Below the pieces are notes generated by a model, which worked only from the letters and a program-made list of their open reading frames with translations, ran no database searches and was not told the origin of the DNA. A stretch of 63,896 bases of DNA, the filler included, from Rhabdomonas costata (taxonomy: Eukaryota): NCBI GenBank assembly GCA_019059605.1. It is 53 parts of 53 records of this genome, joined end to end, with 100 filler letters (N's around TTAATTAATTAA, not from the genome) between each part and the next. Parts side by side here need not be neighbours in the genome. Positions count along the whole stretch, not along the records: positions 22,951 to 24,058 come from JAHMHO010028236.1; positions 24,159 to 25,266 come from JAHMHO010028237.1; positions 25,367 to 26,474 come from JAHMHO010028238.1; positions 26,575 to 27,683 come from JAHMHO010028239.1; positions 27,784 to 28,890 come from JAHMHO010028240.1; positions 28,991 to 30,098 come from JAHMHO010028241.1; positions 30,199 to 31,305 come from JAHMHO010028242.1; positions 31,406 to 32,513 come from JAHMHO010028243.1; 45 more parts are not named here. The stretch is one strand, 5' to 3'. The translations under genes and the position numbers were made by a program. Positions 22,851 to 34,927 of the stretch are shown piece by piece (position 1 is the stretch's first letter; each line of letters starts with the position of its first letter).

Positions 22851-25800
22851 NNNNNNNNNNNNNNNNNNNNNNNNNNNNNNNNNNNNNNNNNNNNTTAATT
22901 AATTAANNNNNNNNNNNNNNNNNNNNNNNNNNNNNNNNNNNNNNNNNNNNCGGGGGAGGGGGAGGGTAGAGCCTTTGTTTTCAGCTTTGCCATGGTGACG
23001 ACCTCGGCCTTGGCCTCTTTGTTCGTCCGCGCACAGAGCTGCTCTAAAACCTCCAAAACCTCGTCTGCACCACAACACAACACCTCAACAAGCGGTAACG
23101 TGAGGGAAAAGCACTGAAGACGTTCAGAGAAGGGCAGACCCCCCTCCAAAAGAAGCACAGCCATGATAAATGATGCAGACGGATGAATTTAAAAATTTAT
23201 CTATCAGTTGTCATCGATCCAATTTGCCCGCAGGACTTCCTTCCAAAATTGCACCCCTCGTTCGTTTGCTCAGTTCCTTTTAGTTCATATTTGGTTCATG
23301 TTGTGGGAGAGGAAGAGGCACAGTGTTCATGTCCAAACCATCAGCTTTCTGCTCGTCGGAGCCAGCCTTCGCCTTCACCGCGTCACAAAGCTTGAAGAAC
23401 GCACTGGCCAACGACCCATAATTGGGCCACAGCAGCCGATCCTGCGACTTCTGACCCTGCAGCTGGGCCTGGATCTCTGCCACAACCTGCTTCATTTGAG
23501 CCTCGATGGAGCCAGACATCACAATATATCCAGGATGAAAAACTCGCCTGAAACCGCAACACTCAGCATGCAAAACTCGATAAGATTGGGTTATTCTGTG
23601 CATCATCGTCTTTGGTATCATCCCTATCATGCCGACGTTCTCTTTGCAGTGAAAGAGCGTAAAAAGGTCAACAATACGGCCGAAAGGCAGGCTTGGGTTA
23701 GGATTAGGGTCTTTGGTATGTAGTACAGCAGGCCTCCCAGGTAACTCCCTCCCTCCCTGCAGGCACCATCTTTCAGGAAGTCCGTGCCAACAATTCAAAA
23801 TCAAGGAAGAGCAAGGTACGAGAATGCGCTTGGTTGTATTCCTATAAATTACGCGCGTTATTGGGGTAGGAATCCTCCTTCTACCAGAAGTGGGATACGA
23901 TGGAAGATCAAGCAATTTTCATCGACCCTCTCACCTCGTCCCATCGGAGTATACTCCAATCTCCGCCTCCAACTCACTTCCGAAGGCATCACAAGGCACT
24001 AAAAAGGCACCAGTACAGTGAATCTCAAACGTTGCAGTGAAAAGCAAAACAAAACAACNNNNNNNNNNNNNNNNNNNNNNNNNNNNNNNNNNNNNNNNNN
24101 NNTTAATTAATTAANNNNNNNNNNNNNNNNNNNNNNNNNNNNNNNNNNNNNNNNNNNNTGTTGTGCGTTTTGGGCTTGGAGTGGCCATTGCCGGGGGTAT
24201 GATTCATAACAAGCTGGAGCGGCTAAATGACAAAATGGTCCGGGGGAGAAAAGCTTTGCCAAAGGAAACCAAAAACGTGAAGAAAAGCACGAAACGGAAA
24301 GTGGTGTTGTGCAGGGAAAAGAAAGTAGCGATGGTTAAGGGGATTTGTGACGGCCAAACCTGCTTCCTGGCCACACTGCAGGCCTTGAACCGCACCGCGG
24401 GCGTGAACCGGGGACAATGGCCGCCGAAAGAATGACTGCGTTTCCTTCTTGCTTTTCCGGGTTTAGGTCTATTTCCCCTCATTTTTGTTCCCTCTTTGCC
24501 GCTGCTTTTGCCGAACGGCCCCGTAAAGATGAAAATGAAAGGCAATCTGACAAGCAAAAAGAGCACCCGGGGGTTTACCAATCCCGCGAAACCGAAAAAA
24601 AAGCCCAATGGACAGCCAAGGTGTTTCAAAGAGCCCAAGGCGGTCCAAGGCGGCAGGGACGAAGAGACGTAAACGGGGGTATTAAAAGGGAAAAAAACGC
24701 ATTGCGCACCAACAAAAACAAAATAACGAAGGGGTACGTGCAAAAGCTTTTGGTTGGGCGGTAAACCAAAAAAAAAGGGGAGGGGTAAAAGGAAGCGGCG
24801 TTACATTGAGGCCCGGGGCCCTTGCGGCCACATCGGCGTGTCTGAGTTCATGTTTGAAATGATCAGTTTGCGATTATGCATTCATCCACTCTTTCCCTTC
24901 CCCATCCCTCAACCTTCACCGCGGGCAACATGCAATCGTATACCGCCAAACATTTCGAAACCCGAGCCAAATGGGACCGCAGTGTTCGAGGGGGTCCGCA
25001 GCAGCAGGCAATTAGGGCGTTCTTGCGCGCGAAGGATGCGAGGATGCAATTGAGAACCCCCAAAAGAGACGGAAGGGCGGCGCGATTGGCGGGATGGGGC
25101 GGTGACAAGCTGAACTGCCGCAATGGCTGCCATGTCTTCTATCATCCTTGCGTTCACCAAATCTAAATGTGGTGGTGCTCTGCCATGGGGGTGAAATCAC
25201 GCGGATCGGTCGGCAAGCTAGCTGGCATAACCAAATCAACAGCCACCCCCAGCTCGGCAGCTCGGGNNNNNNNNNNNNNNNNNNNNNNNNNNNNNNNNNN
25301 NNNNNNNNNNTTAATTAATTAANNNNNNNNNNNNNNNNNNNNNNNNNNNNNNNNNNNNNNNNNNNNGGGTGTTGGTTCGGTTTGCAGGCCTGCGAAGGTC
25401 CAAAAGTGCCGGCCTTTGAGAATGTTGAAAGGCCCACACCATTTCCAGGTGACTCCTGAAGTTTGACGGTTGCTACAGATCTGGAGACCAGAACATTAGG
25501 CTTCATCGGTACTGCTGGAAGACCCACCCAGACCGCAAACAGTGAAGGCCCCTGGCCCGCCGTTCCCTTAGTGGGTGGTTATGGTTGAGGCTGGGTCTGC
25601 TTAGCATATCTATCTCTGTGAAATTTCCTGTAGGGCTCTCTATGCTGGCCAAGAGAGGAATTCATGTTCGTTGGCCCATCGACAGCGCGCTAATTGTGTC
25701 AACTGCCGGGTTTTTGTGTTTTAACTCGTGTTTATTTGTTTGCGCGTTGTTTCGTTGTGGTTGAATGGACGGTTCATGCCGAGAGACTCGTTTCCACTCG

Positions 25801-25940
25801 TGCAACATCCGAATTAATACGCGGAGTAGGTGTGGATGGGAAAAGCCAGGCGATGATTTCAAGGCACAGTTGAGGGGGCGATGTGGAGAAGGAGGGTTTT
25901 CAGCAGTGAGCACCTTTGCCATGACAGGTGTGCATTTCAG

Positions 25941-26474
25941 TTCCTGTTCACTCCCAACGCGGGCACGCTGGCCAAGATGAAGCCGTTCCTGCCCGCGCTC
26001 TCCGACCGCTCCGCGCTGCGAATCGGGATCCAAGTTCGGGTCGGCGACTCCGTGTTCACGGCGGGCGACCACGGCTTCCACGCCTCGGCCTTCGCCCACT
26101 TCTTCCACTGTGCCGCGGAGATCGAGCGGTCCCGCCTCCGCCCTTGGCACACCCGGGTGGTGTGGTACCTCGCCTCGGACTCCCTCTCCATCCGCCGCGA
26201 GGCCCGGAGGCTATACGGCGAGAAGGTCGTCACCGACACCACCTCCCCGGCGGTGCACGTGGACTGCGCCTCGCACAACGCCTCGACCTGCAACCCGGGG
26301 TCGGTGAGGGAGGCCTACCAGGGCGCTGTGGCAGATATTCTGCTGCTGTCCATGGCAGAGTACCATGTCCTGACGGATACCGGGGGATTTGGGCAGATGG
26401 GGGCCTGGCTGAGTGGGGAGGCAGACCACCCCCACACATACCTCCTGCCCCACGACCTCCCGCCCACCACGTCC
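25941..26474 (+). CDS. Exon of a fucosyltransferase-like glycosyltransferase (NodZ/FUT8/GT37-type motifs)
   Basis: Motif I IGIQVRVGD, motif II WYLASDS, motif III AVADILLLSMAEYHVLTDTGGFGQMGAWLS; tttcag acceptor. Confidence 0.75.
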
Positions 26475-26978
26475 NNNNNNNNNNNNNNNNNNNNNNNNNN
26501 NNNNNNNNNNNNNNNNNNTTAATTAATTAANNNNNNNNNNNNNNNNNNNNNNNNNNNNNNNNNNNNNNNNNNNNGTGGGGTGGGGGACTGCATTCAATTC
26601 GGGTATGAGTCACGGACAGTGAGCTGAAAGTCACAAGCAACGAGCAAGCGCCCAAACCGGTGGTGCGGGGCTCACGGTGGCCGCACGGGCCAGGACACCA
26701 GTAATCCCGCCGAAGGGGTAGCGGGTTGGCGGCAGCGGATCTGCGGAGGAACTCTTTTCAGGGGCCCCGGCCAGCCGATGCAGCAGGGACCGCGCCATCA
26801 CCACGGCGAGGCCCAGCACGCACACCAGAAGTAGCACCCCGTGACGGTAGCACAGCGCCACCGCAAGAGCCAGGCACATCTGGGGCACTCCAAAGCCTAC
26901 CCGACGAGAAGGCACACAAAGCGACAGACACTCCGTGGGCCCTCCCACCGGGCGCGGGGGTTGGGTGATGGGGGTTCA

Positions 26979-27070
26979 TAGTTTCGCGCATTCCTGCCCA
27001 GATCGCGGTGCGTTGTGCACGCAGTAGTTTCGCGCATTCCTGCCCAGATCGCGGTGAGTTGCGCACGCAG
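26979..27070. repeat. 46-bp tandem duplication (2 copies, 2 mismatches)
   Basis: tagtttcgcgcattcctgcccagatcgcggtg[c/a]gttg[t/c]gcacgcag at 26979 and 27025. Confidence 0.9.
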
Positions 27071-28990
27071 TGCCAGTGCAAGCTCGAGAAGTACCTGCTG
27101 AACTTTCCCTTTGGGCTCTCCTTCCGCCCCCCCTCTCCCCGCTCGTAGATCCACGCACTCCTCGTCCTCAAATGCTTTTCTTTATGCCAAGCCACTATGG
27201 GTACGTCCGGACTCTCAAGAACTGACATACGCACTGCGCATCAAGAGAAAAAAAAGCAAATGCAAAAAGATCGCTCACATACTTTTTCAGAAAGAAAGGG
27301 CGAGAGACCTTTGCCGAGAACACCGCTGAAGAGCTGACCAAGGCTGTGCAGGGCGGCGTCCAGCCGGGCCAGCTCCCCCCACTCCGGAGAGACGCACCCC
27401 AGACCCCGACCGGTGTACGGCGAGGGGTGCAGGGTGACCCAGTCCAGCAGCAGCTCATCCAAAGAGGTCGCCACGGCCACTATCTGCCCATTCTTTGCCT
27501 GCGGTTATGCGAGTGCACGTAAATTCGCCATGTGTCGTTCTGAGAGGTCTTCCAGCCTCCACTGCCGAACCATTTGCCCACAGTTTTCATCATTTTCTCT
27601 ACCTCTTCTCGTGCTCTGTCGCAGCATAGCCTTCATAGCCTTTGTGGGCAGCAGCCTTCACCACCACCACCCAAACACACCAANNNNNNNNNNNNNNNNN
27701 NNNNNNNNNNNNNNNNNNNNNNNNNNNTTAATTAATTAANNNNNNNNNNNNNNNNNNNNNNNNNNNNNNNNNNNNNNNNNNNNTGATCCATTGTATTGAT
27801 CCATCGCTAACAACTTTAAATGTGGTTCATGGCTAAAAAAGTTCAGGAACACCTCAGCTCGGCCTCGGAAGGGGGAACAGCGATGGGTTGCATCCACCAC
27901 CCGGGCTTCGGGGAGGTCCGAGGGGCGACAATGGGGACCCCAGCGGAAAGCCGCCGGGAGACGTGCCTCATCTTTTCTCTTATATAGCTCTGGGATAATG
28001 CTGAAAAGCGGAGAGACAGTAAAACGTTGCTTTTTCAAACGCGCCGCTGAACAGCGAGGGGCACGGAAAACGCTCAGCTCAGTTGCCGTGGGTCCCAAGG
28101 TACAAACGCAAAAAGAAAAAAAATCGTTATTAAGCGATTCGATCACGACCCGAGCCCAGCCAACTTGTATTTGAATGCCACTACGTGACCCAGTGGACGA
28201 GGGTCGGCGTTGGTTCGGGATGCCAGCAAAGCCCTTTCAAGGGCGAGTGACGCTTCCTTTGGAGCTCAACACATGGGCCAAACCGGTTCAAGCGAATGAC
28301 AGCAAAGTGACTATCCACACTGTACTGACGAAAAGCTCGAAACCTAAAGGATATACTTCACTCACTACTTCACAGTTCCTTTACTTGCTGTCATGACATG
28401 TTGCCGTAACAGCTGTTTATTCTAGCTCAACTTTTGTTTGCATTAATTTTCTGCGCCGTGTACAATACACTGGTATTTTGGACCAGGAACAAAAGCAGTT
28501 GTGATTTAGTTGCAGGACCACCATTTCGAGTCAATCCGAGATTGATAACCCACCAACTGCTCCCTTTTTCAAAGCACATCACATGTCACAAGCGCATTGA
28601 AAAAAGCAGGTTCAGTTTCGTCCTGGGGACGGAACAAAAGGCTTCTGCCGTACACAAACTTACATTTCTGTGAGAACGGTGGAGTGTACTGTGCGCAGAC
28701 GCCCACGAGAAAAGACGCGCCAAATTACTCTTGGTATGAAACATGGAAGGAAAAAAGAAAGGGAAGGACAAAGCTGGCGATTCTCCATACCCGTATCCCC
28801 AGAACACGCTCAAAACTTCCATTTCGAGCACACCACAGTGCGGGGCACCGCATTACAGACGCAGGTGATCTGCCGCGTTGCCACCACCCCNNNNNNNNNN
28901 NNNNNNNNNNNNNNNNNNNNNNNNNNNNNNNNNNTTAATTAATTAANNNNNNNNNNNNNNNNNNNNNNNNNNNNNNNNNNNNNNNNNNNN

Positions 28991-29117
28991 AAGCTTTTCA
29001 GGGGGTTAGGAAGGCGACACACGTGTCCCCTGGGATTCCAATAGAAGCTTTTCAGGGGGTTAGGAAGGCGACACACGTGTCCCCTGGGATTCCAATAGAA
29101 GCTTTTCAGGGGGTTAG
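28991..29117 (+). repeat. 54-bp minisatellite (2.3 copies, truncated by contig start)
   Basis: Unit aagcttttcagggggttaggaaggcgacacacgtgtcccctgggattccaatag starting at 28991, 29045, 29099. Confidence 0.95.
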
Positions 29118-30429
29118 TATGGGTCGTTGGTTAGACGTGGACGTTAGACGTGCGTTAGACGTATAGCTGTCTAACGCCGCCCCCCCCCCCAACTGTGCAT
29201 GAACCCCTTTGGCTGCGTTCTTGATTGCATTAGGGGATTCGCAACCTGCCAGCCAAGACGCAATGGATTAATTGATTGCCTTGAACCATCTTCCCACTGG
29301 CTCCGCCATCGCACTGCAAAAATCCCTTTCCCTGGCAGGAGGGCGCATGTGAACTGAAGAGCCTCTTTCAGCTCATTAACGCGTGGGCGTGGATGACGTA
29401 ATAATTCTGCGTAATGTTCTCTGCAGAAATTTGTGCGAGGCGCCGTGAAAAAGCCGCGCCAGGAGATTTTGTGGTTTACAATGTATCCAATTACCGGAGG
29501 AGCCGGTGTATTCCAATGGTTCTTTTTGGATGAACAGTTGCAACGATTGGCGTTGGTTGACCTTCGTTCCTCCAGATGCTCAGTACCCACCACATTCATT
29601 CGTTTCAGAGCTTCTCGCACTACCTCAGCGCCGCCGCCACGGCTGCGGGTCCCACTGTGCAGGGCCTGGCCGGGGCAGCCAGGGAACTGGCGAATGGGGC
29701 AGCGGTACACTGCTCCTCTGCCCGCTTTTGTGCTTGGTCGTTATCATATAGCGAGCGAGCTTCCGCGTTTAATTATCCACACTGGCGCCAACCGATATTT
29801 GTTATATTCATTGGTTAACTGCGAGCCACCGCTCTTTACAATCCTCTGAGAAGCTTGCGCTGGTGGTGGGCGAGGTGGTGGGAGTATATATACATCCACC
29901 CCCTGGGCGCGGGGGTGGATGTAGCACAGGGTGTGAACGTGACAACGAAGCCCGAACCCTATCCAGTGCATGCCTGCCTTTCATTGGCATCTCACTCTCC
30001 TCTGTTTGTACCCTTTTTGATGGCCATTGTGTGCATGACGAATGTACTGTCGAATCGAACCGACCTTCGGGATGGAATAGGATGTCTCCGCACCCCACNN
30101 NNNNNNNNNNNNNNNNNNNNNNNNNNNNNNNNNNNNNNNNNNTTAATTAATTAANNNNNNNNNNNNNNNNNNNNNNNNNNNNNNNNNNNNNNNNNNNNTT
30201 TTGGTGTTCATTTGAAATGTCTCTACGCTCACGCATGGGTTGAACAATGCAGGTTCTCCGCAAGGAATTCAAAATATTTGAAGGCGAACGCTCTCCCCCC
30301 ACGATGAAACCTGTGCATGTTTTCACTGTGCAAAATCTTTCCCCAGGAAGCTTCGGATGCATTGGATGTATTGCAGGCTCCAAGTGCTCTATTCTTGCCC
30401 ATTTTTTCTCCACAATTCTCTTCCCAAAG

Positions 30430-30645
30430 GTGAATGTCGGGGACACGGTCACCCGTGGGCCGGACTGGAAGGAGTTTAGGAAGGAAGAGGACGGCGGCGC
30501 CGGTGAGAAGGGCAAGGTTACCAAGCTGACCGAGGGGACCAGTAAGGGTGGGGTCTTTGTGAAGTGGGACGCGACTGGGGAGACCTTGCCGCACCGCTGC
30601 GGGTACGACGGCTGTCTCGAGATTCTAGTGGTGGATGCTGCCGAG
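30430..30645 (+). CDS. Exon encoding a MIB/HERC2 domain
   Basis: VGDTVTRGPDWK...EDGGAGEKGKV...VFVKWDATG...RCGYDGCLEILVV; AG acceptor and GTAC donor. Confidence 0.88.
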
Positions 30646-31405
30646 GTACTTGCCTCCCATGTGAGGCCTGTGTCCCACTATGTGCAAAGGAACGGTATCG
30701 GTAATCTAGCACAGACGCCTTCGCTGACAATAGTAGGAAAACTTTGCGTCTCTTGCGAAACAGTTATGAATGGTGCGCCCAAAACTCAACCCTTGATGGG
30801 TTCTCGTTGCTACACTTCTACATTTACGTTTTGCTTTTGGCCACACCACGCGTGATGCTTTCGCTGCTGTTTCGGCCAGGTTTCGGCCAGGGCCGTGGTG
30901 CTCATACCAGCAGTTTGTTTCTCTGCCGCATTCCTGCTGTGGTCCTATGTTGAAGGAATTATCACCTCACTTCAGTTCAAAACATCTTGTGTTTGATGAT
31001 TTCTCTCATTGTTATTTATCTTTGTTGCTTCCACCGGCCGGCCGTGGACTTGACCAGGTCACCCGTTCTTTGTCCGCGCTCTCTGTCTCTCGTGCCATTG
31101 TCGGGGTCTGTCAGTGCCATAAACAGCCGCACCCCCTCCCCCAACTCAACTCGTAGCACCCTTTGTACGGTCAGCCAACCTTGGGCGGGTGGTGGCCATT
31201 CCAGAGTACTGGCCTGTCTTCTCCGTGCTTGGTACCTCCAACCGCGATGTCGTACATACCTCAGCTGCATCACAAAACTTTCCACCAACAGTTCCTGCCG
31301 GCGTTNNNNNNNNNNNNNNNNNNNNNNNNNNNNNNNNNNNNNNNNNNNNTTAATTAATTAANNNNNNNNNNNNNNNNNNNNNNNNNNNNNNNNNNNNNNN
31401 NNNNN

Positions 31406-32513
31406 CACTCGAAGAAACGGTCCTCGACACACTTCTGCTCTGTGTGGCCGACACCGTCGTGCTGCGGGAATGCGTGAAGGACTCCGTCCTCGTCACACTC
31501 GCTGTGAGTGAGCTCAGGCTTGCCGAGAGCGAAGGTGAGGGCGTGCCAGAGCAGGTCAACGTTCTGCTTGCTGTCCAGCTCGAGCTTCGGGAGACAGTGC
31601 CGGAGTTGGACTCCGAGCTGCTCCCACTGCATGTCCTGGTCTGCGTGTGCGACCAACTCGCCGATGCGGAGCCCGATGGGGAAGCTGTTGTACTGCCACT
31701 TCTGCTCCTCGTCACGGAAACGGAGAACGTCAGGGAGGACGTTGGGCTCGTGCTGCACGAATGAGTGCCTGTCGGCGAGGTTGACGGTGAGGAGGACGCG
31801 GTGAAGCTTCTCGAGAAGGTCCGGCTCTGCGACACTGTTCCCGATGGAGTTGATGTGGCTGATCCACTGCTCGTCATCGTGGGGCTCTGCGTGACACTCC
31901 ATGAGGACACCGAAGGGCTTGCGGTATTAGACTCCGAGTTCGAAGCAGATGCCGTCCGGGATGGCGACTGGGTCGGCGAAGTACTGATCGAACCAGACCT
32001 TGAGACGCTGCTGGTGGAACTCATGCTCAGGCTGTGCGTGAGCGAAAGCGAGCTCGTGACAGACCCCGAAGAACTGCAACTCACGGTAGAGCTGCCACTC
32101 TCACTTGCCGTTGCAGAGTCGCTCCTGCTGCTTGAGAAACTCGCCGTCGAAGTCACCGTGGGCGTCGCAGTGGCACTGCCAGAAGTGGATGTCGTCACAC
32201 TCATCGAGGACTTCGTTGGCGTGCTGGAAATCGACACACTCAGGCTTTCACTCCCACTACGGGACTTCGTCCCGCTCATCGTCAACGATGCAGTCCCGCT
32301 CGGCGAGCAGCTCGCGGTCCGCGACCTCGTCCTGGACGTCGTCACGCTATCAGAACCACTCCCGCTCCGTGAAGGCGAGAGGGTGCCACTCGAAGAAACG
32401 GTCCTCGACACACTTCTGCTCTGTGTGGCCGACACCGTCGTGCTGCGGGAATGCGTGAAGGACTCCGTCCTCGTCACACTCGCTGTGAGTGAGCTGAGGC
32501 TTGCCGAGAGCGA
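31406..32513 (-). CDS. Internal part of a large Ser/Thr-rich repetitive (mucin-like surface) protein with a 981-nt (327-aa) tandem unit
   Basis: Open across the contig; alternating S/T pattern; 31406-31532 recurs at 32387-32513 with one substitution. Confidence 0.8.
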
Positions 32514-32877
32514 NNNNNNNNNNNNNNNNNNNNNNNNNNNNNNNNNNNNNNNNNNNNTTAATTAATTAANNNNNNNNNNNNNNNNNNNNNNNNNNNNNNN
32601 NNNNNNNNNNNNNGAACAGAAAACATCAAAAATTGTATTTATTTTAACTTGCACAAGGTTAGGTAGCTTATGCTGCACCCTCGAGATGACTGTCTCAGTG
32701 TACGGGGGGTAAGGGACCTCTGCCAGTGTCCCCTAGATGAACCGTAGGGCTCCGGTCGACCTACGGTTCATCTGCAGTGAACTCACAGGCCTGAAGGGAC
32801 CGATTTCACCCATGTCCTGTTCCCACACATGCACACCGTCTCAACTATGGCTTGCTCAATGTGTGGCTGGTTTGCAG

Positions 32878-33030
32878 GAGCAGCAAGCCGCCGCGGAGAA
32901 GGCGGAGGCGGAGAGGAGGGAGGCACTATCTGTCGAGCGACATGCTCGGTGGGAGCGTGGGATGCGGGGCGTGCAGGAGGCGGAGTCCCGCTGGGAGGCC
33001 TGGGTCCAGCGCAAGGTGCAGGGCTGGCAG
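32878..33030 (+). CDS. Probable exon, coiled-coil protein
   Basis: EQQAAAEKAEAERREALSVERHARWERG...KVQGWQ between ttgcag and GT; GC-rich island. Confidence 0.55.
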
Positions 33031-33822
33031 GTCCCGCTCCGCTCACGCACGCTCGAAGCGAAAGGAAAGCGACATTGAAGGGTTCTTTCGAATTTGCGTT
33101 ATGTTTGCGCACCTGCATCTCGCGGTACTTGGAAAGCAAAAGTGAGACTGAGAACCCATAGAACCCATTTCATCTCTGGCCACGACCGAGCCAATAAAAA
33201 TCGCCACATACACCTGCTGAACTTCATTAACGTTTTGGAGCGTTGCCAAGTAAACAGGAAACTCGTAATATACTAAACTCTGAGTTTTGAGCATGTAGCT
33301 TACCTTCATTCAGCATCAGTATAGAGAGGCTCGGGTTTCGCCCCGAGTCATGTGGTTTCGTATGTTGGGCAGACGATGGTCGTATACCGGCAATTACATC
33401 CATTAGCTTCATTTATGGTGGTTTTTCACATCGGATTTATGCATTGCTCTGAAGAGGCTGTGCCCGTTCTCAAATACCTACTTTTGGGGTAAATGGGATG
33501 CTGTGAGTTCAAAAGATACTTCTCTTGATTACTTGTTCGGGTTTTTCGTGGTCGACAGCTCCAACAAGCACAAAAACAAATTCGAGCTCCAACCTTGGGT
33601 GCAGTGCTGGTCGCTCCAAATGAGAGTATTTATTCGTTTGATTGGTCCGTAAATGCCCACACCGATGATATTCGCCTTTCTTTTTTCACCTTTGTGAGGT
33701 GAACGATTTCCAAAATGCGANNNNNNNNNNNNNNNNNNNNNNNNNNNNNNNNNNNNNNNNNNNNTTAATTAATTAANNNNNNNNNNNNNNNNNNNNNNNN
33801 NNNNNNNNNNNNNNNNNNNNCA

Positions 33823-34927
33823 AGACCTTCGGCATCATCAACATTAATCTATTTAAATGATGGTGTATTGGATAGCACAAGATCATCCATAATATTACCT
33901 GCAACAACAGCATATCGATATCTAATTATTTATATATGGAATTTAGCAGCAGATACGGCTTCATATTCATTAGGAAGTGGATATACTGGTTTCTTTGTTA
34001 GAATATTTGATAATTGGATTTATGAAAATCGTTACATAGTTGGTACTGATTTTACAGTAACAACTGATTCAAATTCTGGTTATCCGTTAGTTACATACCA
34101 GAAAAGTATTGGTAATATATTATACAATCAATTGAATTTATTATTGTATGAAGCATACAGACGATTATATCCTGTTATTCGAGATCAAAATAATGTTATT
34201 ATTACTGATGGAACAAATGCAATAACTTTAACAAGTACAGCATGCGGTTATAAAATTACACAATTACAAGATGTTGTAACTACTGATTTAGCCACTGGTC
34301 ATGTACTTGTATACACACTAGGAAATGTCGAAACTGGTGGTTATAAATGGCGAAACCGAGCATTATTAACATCAGATATACCAGATTTGGATACTTTTAT
34401 AAATTCCAAAGCTCAAGCAAACGGTCTAGCATCATTAGATTCGAACGGAAAATTAAATAGTTCTCAAATCCCTAGTTTATCATTAACGAATGTTTCTTCA
34501 GTTCAAACAATAGTGCAGCGAAATGCATTAACTGCAGATATGGGCGATGTTTGCATTGTAACAAATGATAGTACAAGTACAAATAACGGATCTTATATCT
34601 ATAACGGCACAGGATGGTCAACATTATCATTATATGTTACTCCCATTCATTTATCGTCATTAACTGATGTTTCGCTAGGTACATTAGCAAATAATCAAGC
34701 TCTTGTATACAATACAGCAAGTTCAAAATGGATTAATGTAACGTTAACAAGTTCGTATTTATCAGATTTTAATATATCAAGCCCAGCTAATAATAATGTC
34801 CTTGTATATAATTCTGCGACTTCAAAATGGTTAAATTCAACTGTACCAGTATATATTTCAACATTATTAGATTGTTCAATCAGTGGAGCATCTGATGGCC
34901 AATTATTAAAATACAGTTCTTCATTAT
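33823..34927 (+). CDS. Intronless AT-rich ORF open across the whole contig; virion fibre/structural protein-like
   Basis: KAQANGLASLDSNGKLNSSQIP motif, GDVCIV...YIYNGTGW, and four repeats of L..L.DV.......NQ.LVYN...SKW.N; S/T/N-rich. Confidence 0.75.

Noticed and set aside
29001-29012. GGGTTAGG in the 54-bp unit as telomere
   Set aside because: One partial telomeric hexamer per unit; no tandem TTAGGG array.
31765-32513. Plus-strand V/L/E/D-rich 266-aa ORF as a real gene
   Set aside because: Expected antisense shadow of Ser/Thr codons; it is interrupted at 31762-31764 while the minus frame is open throughout.
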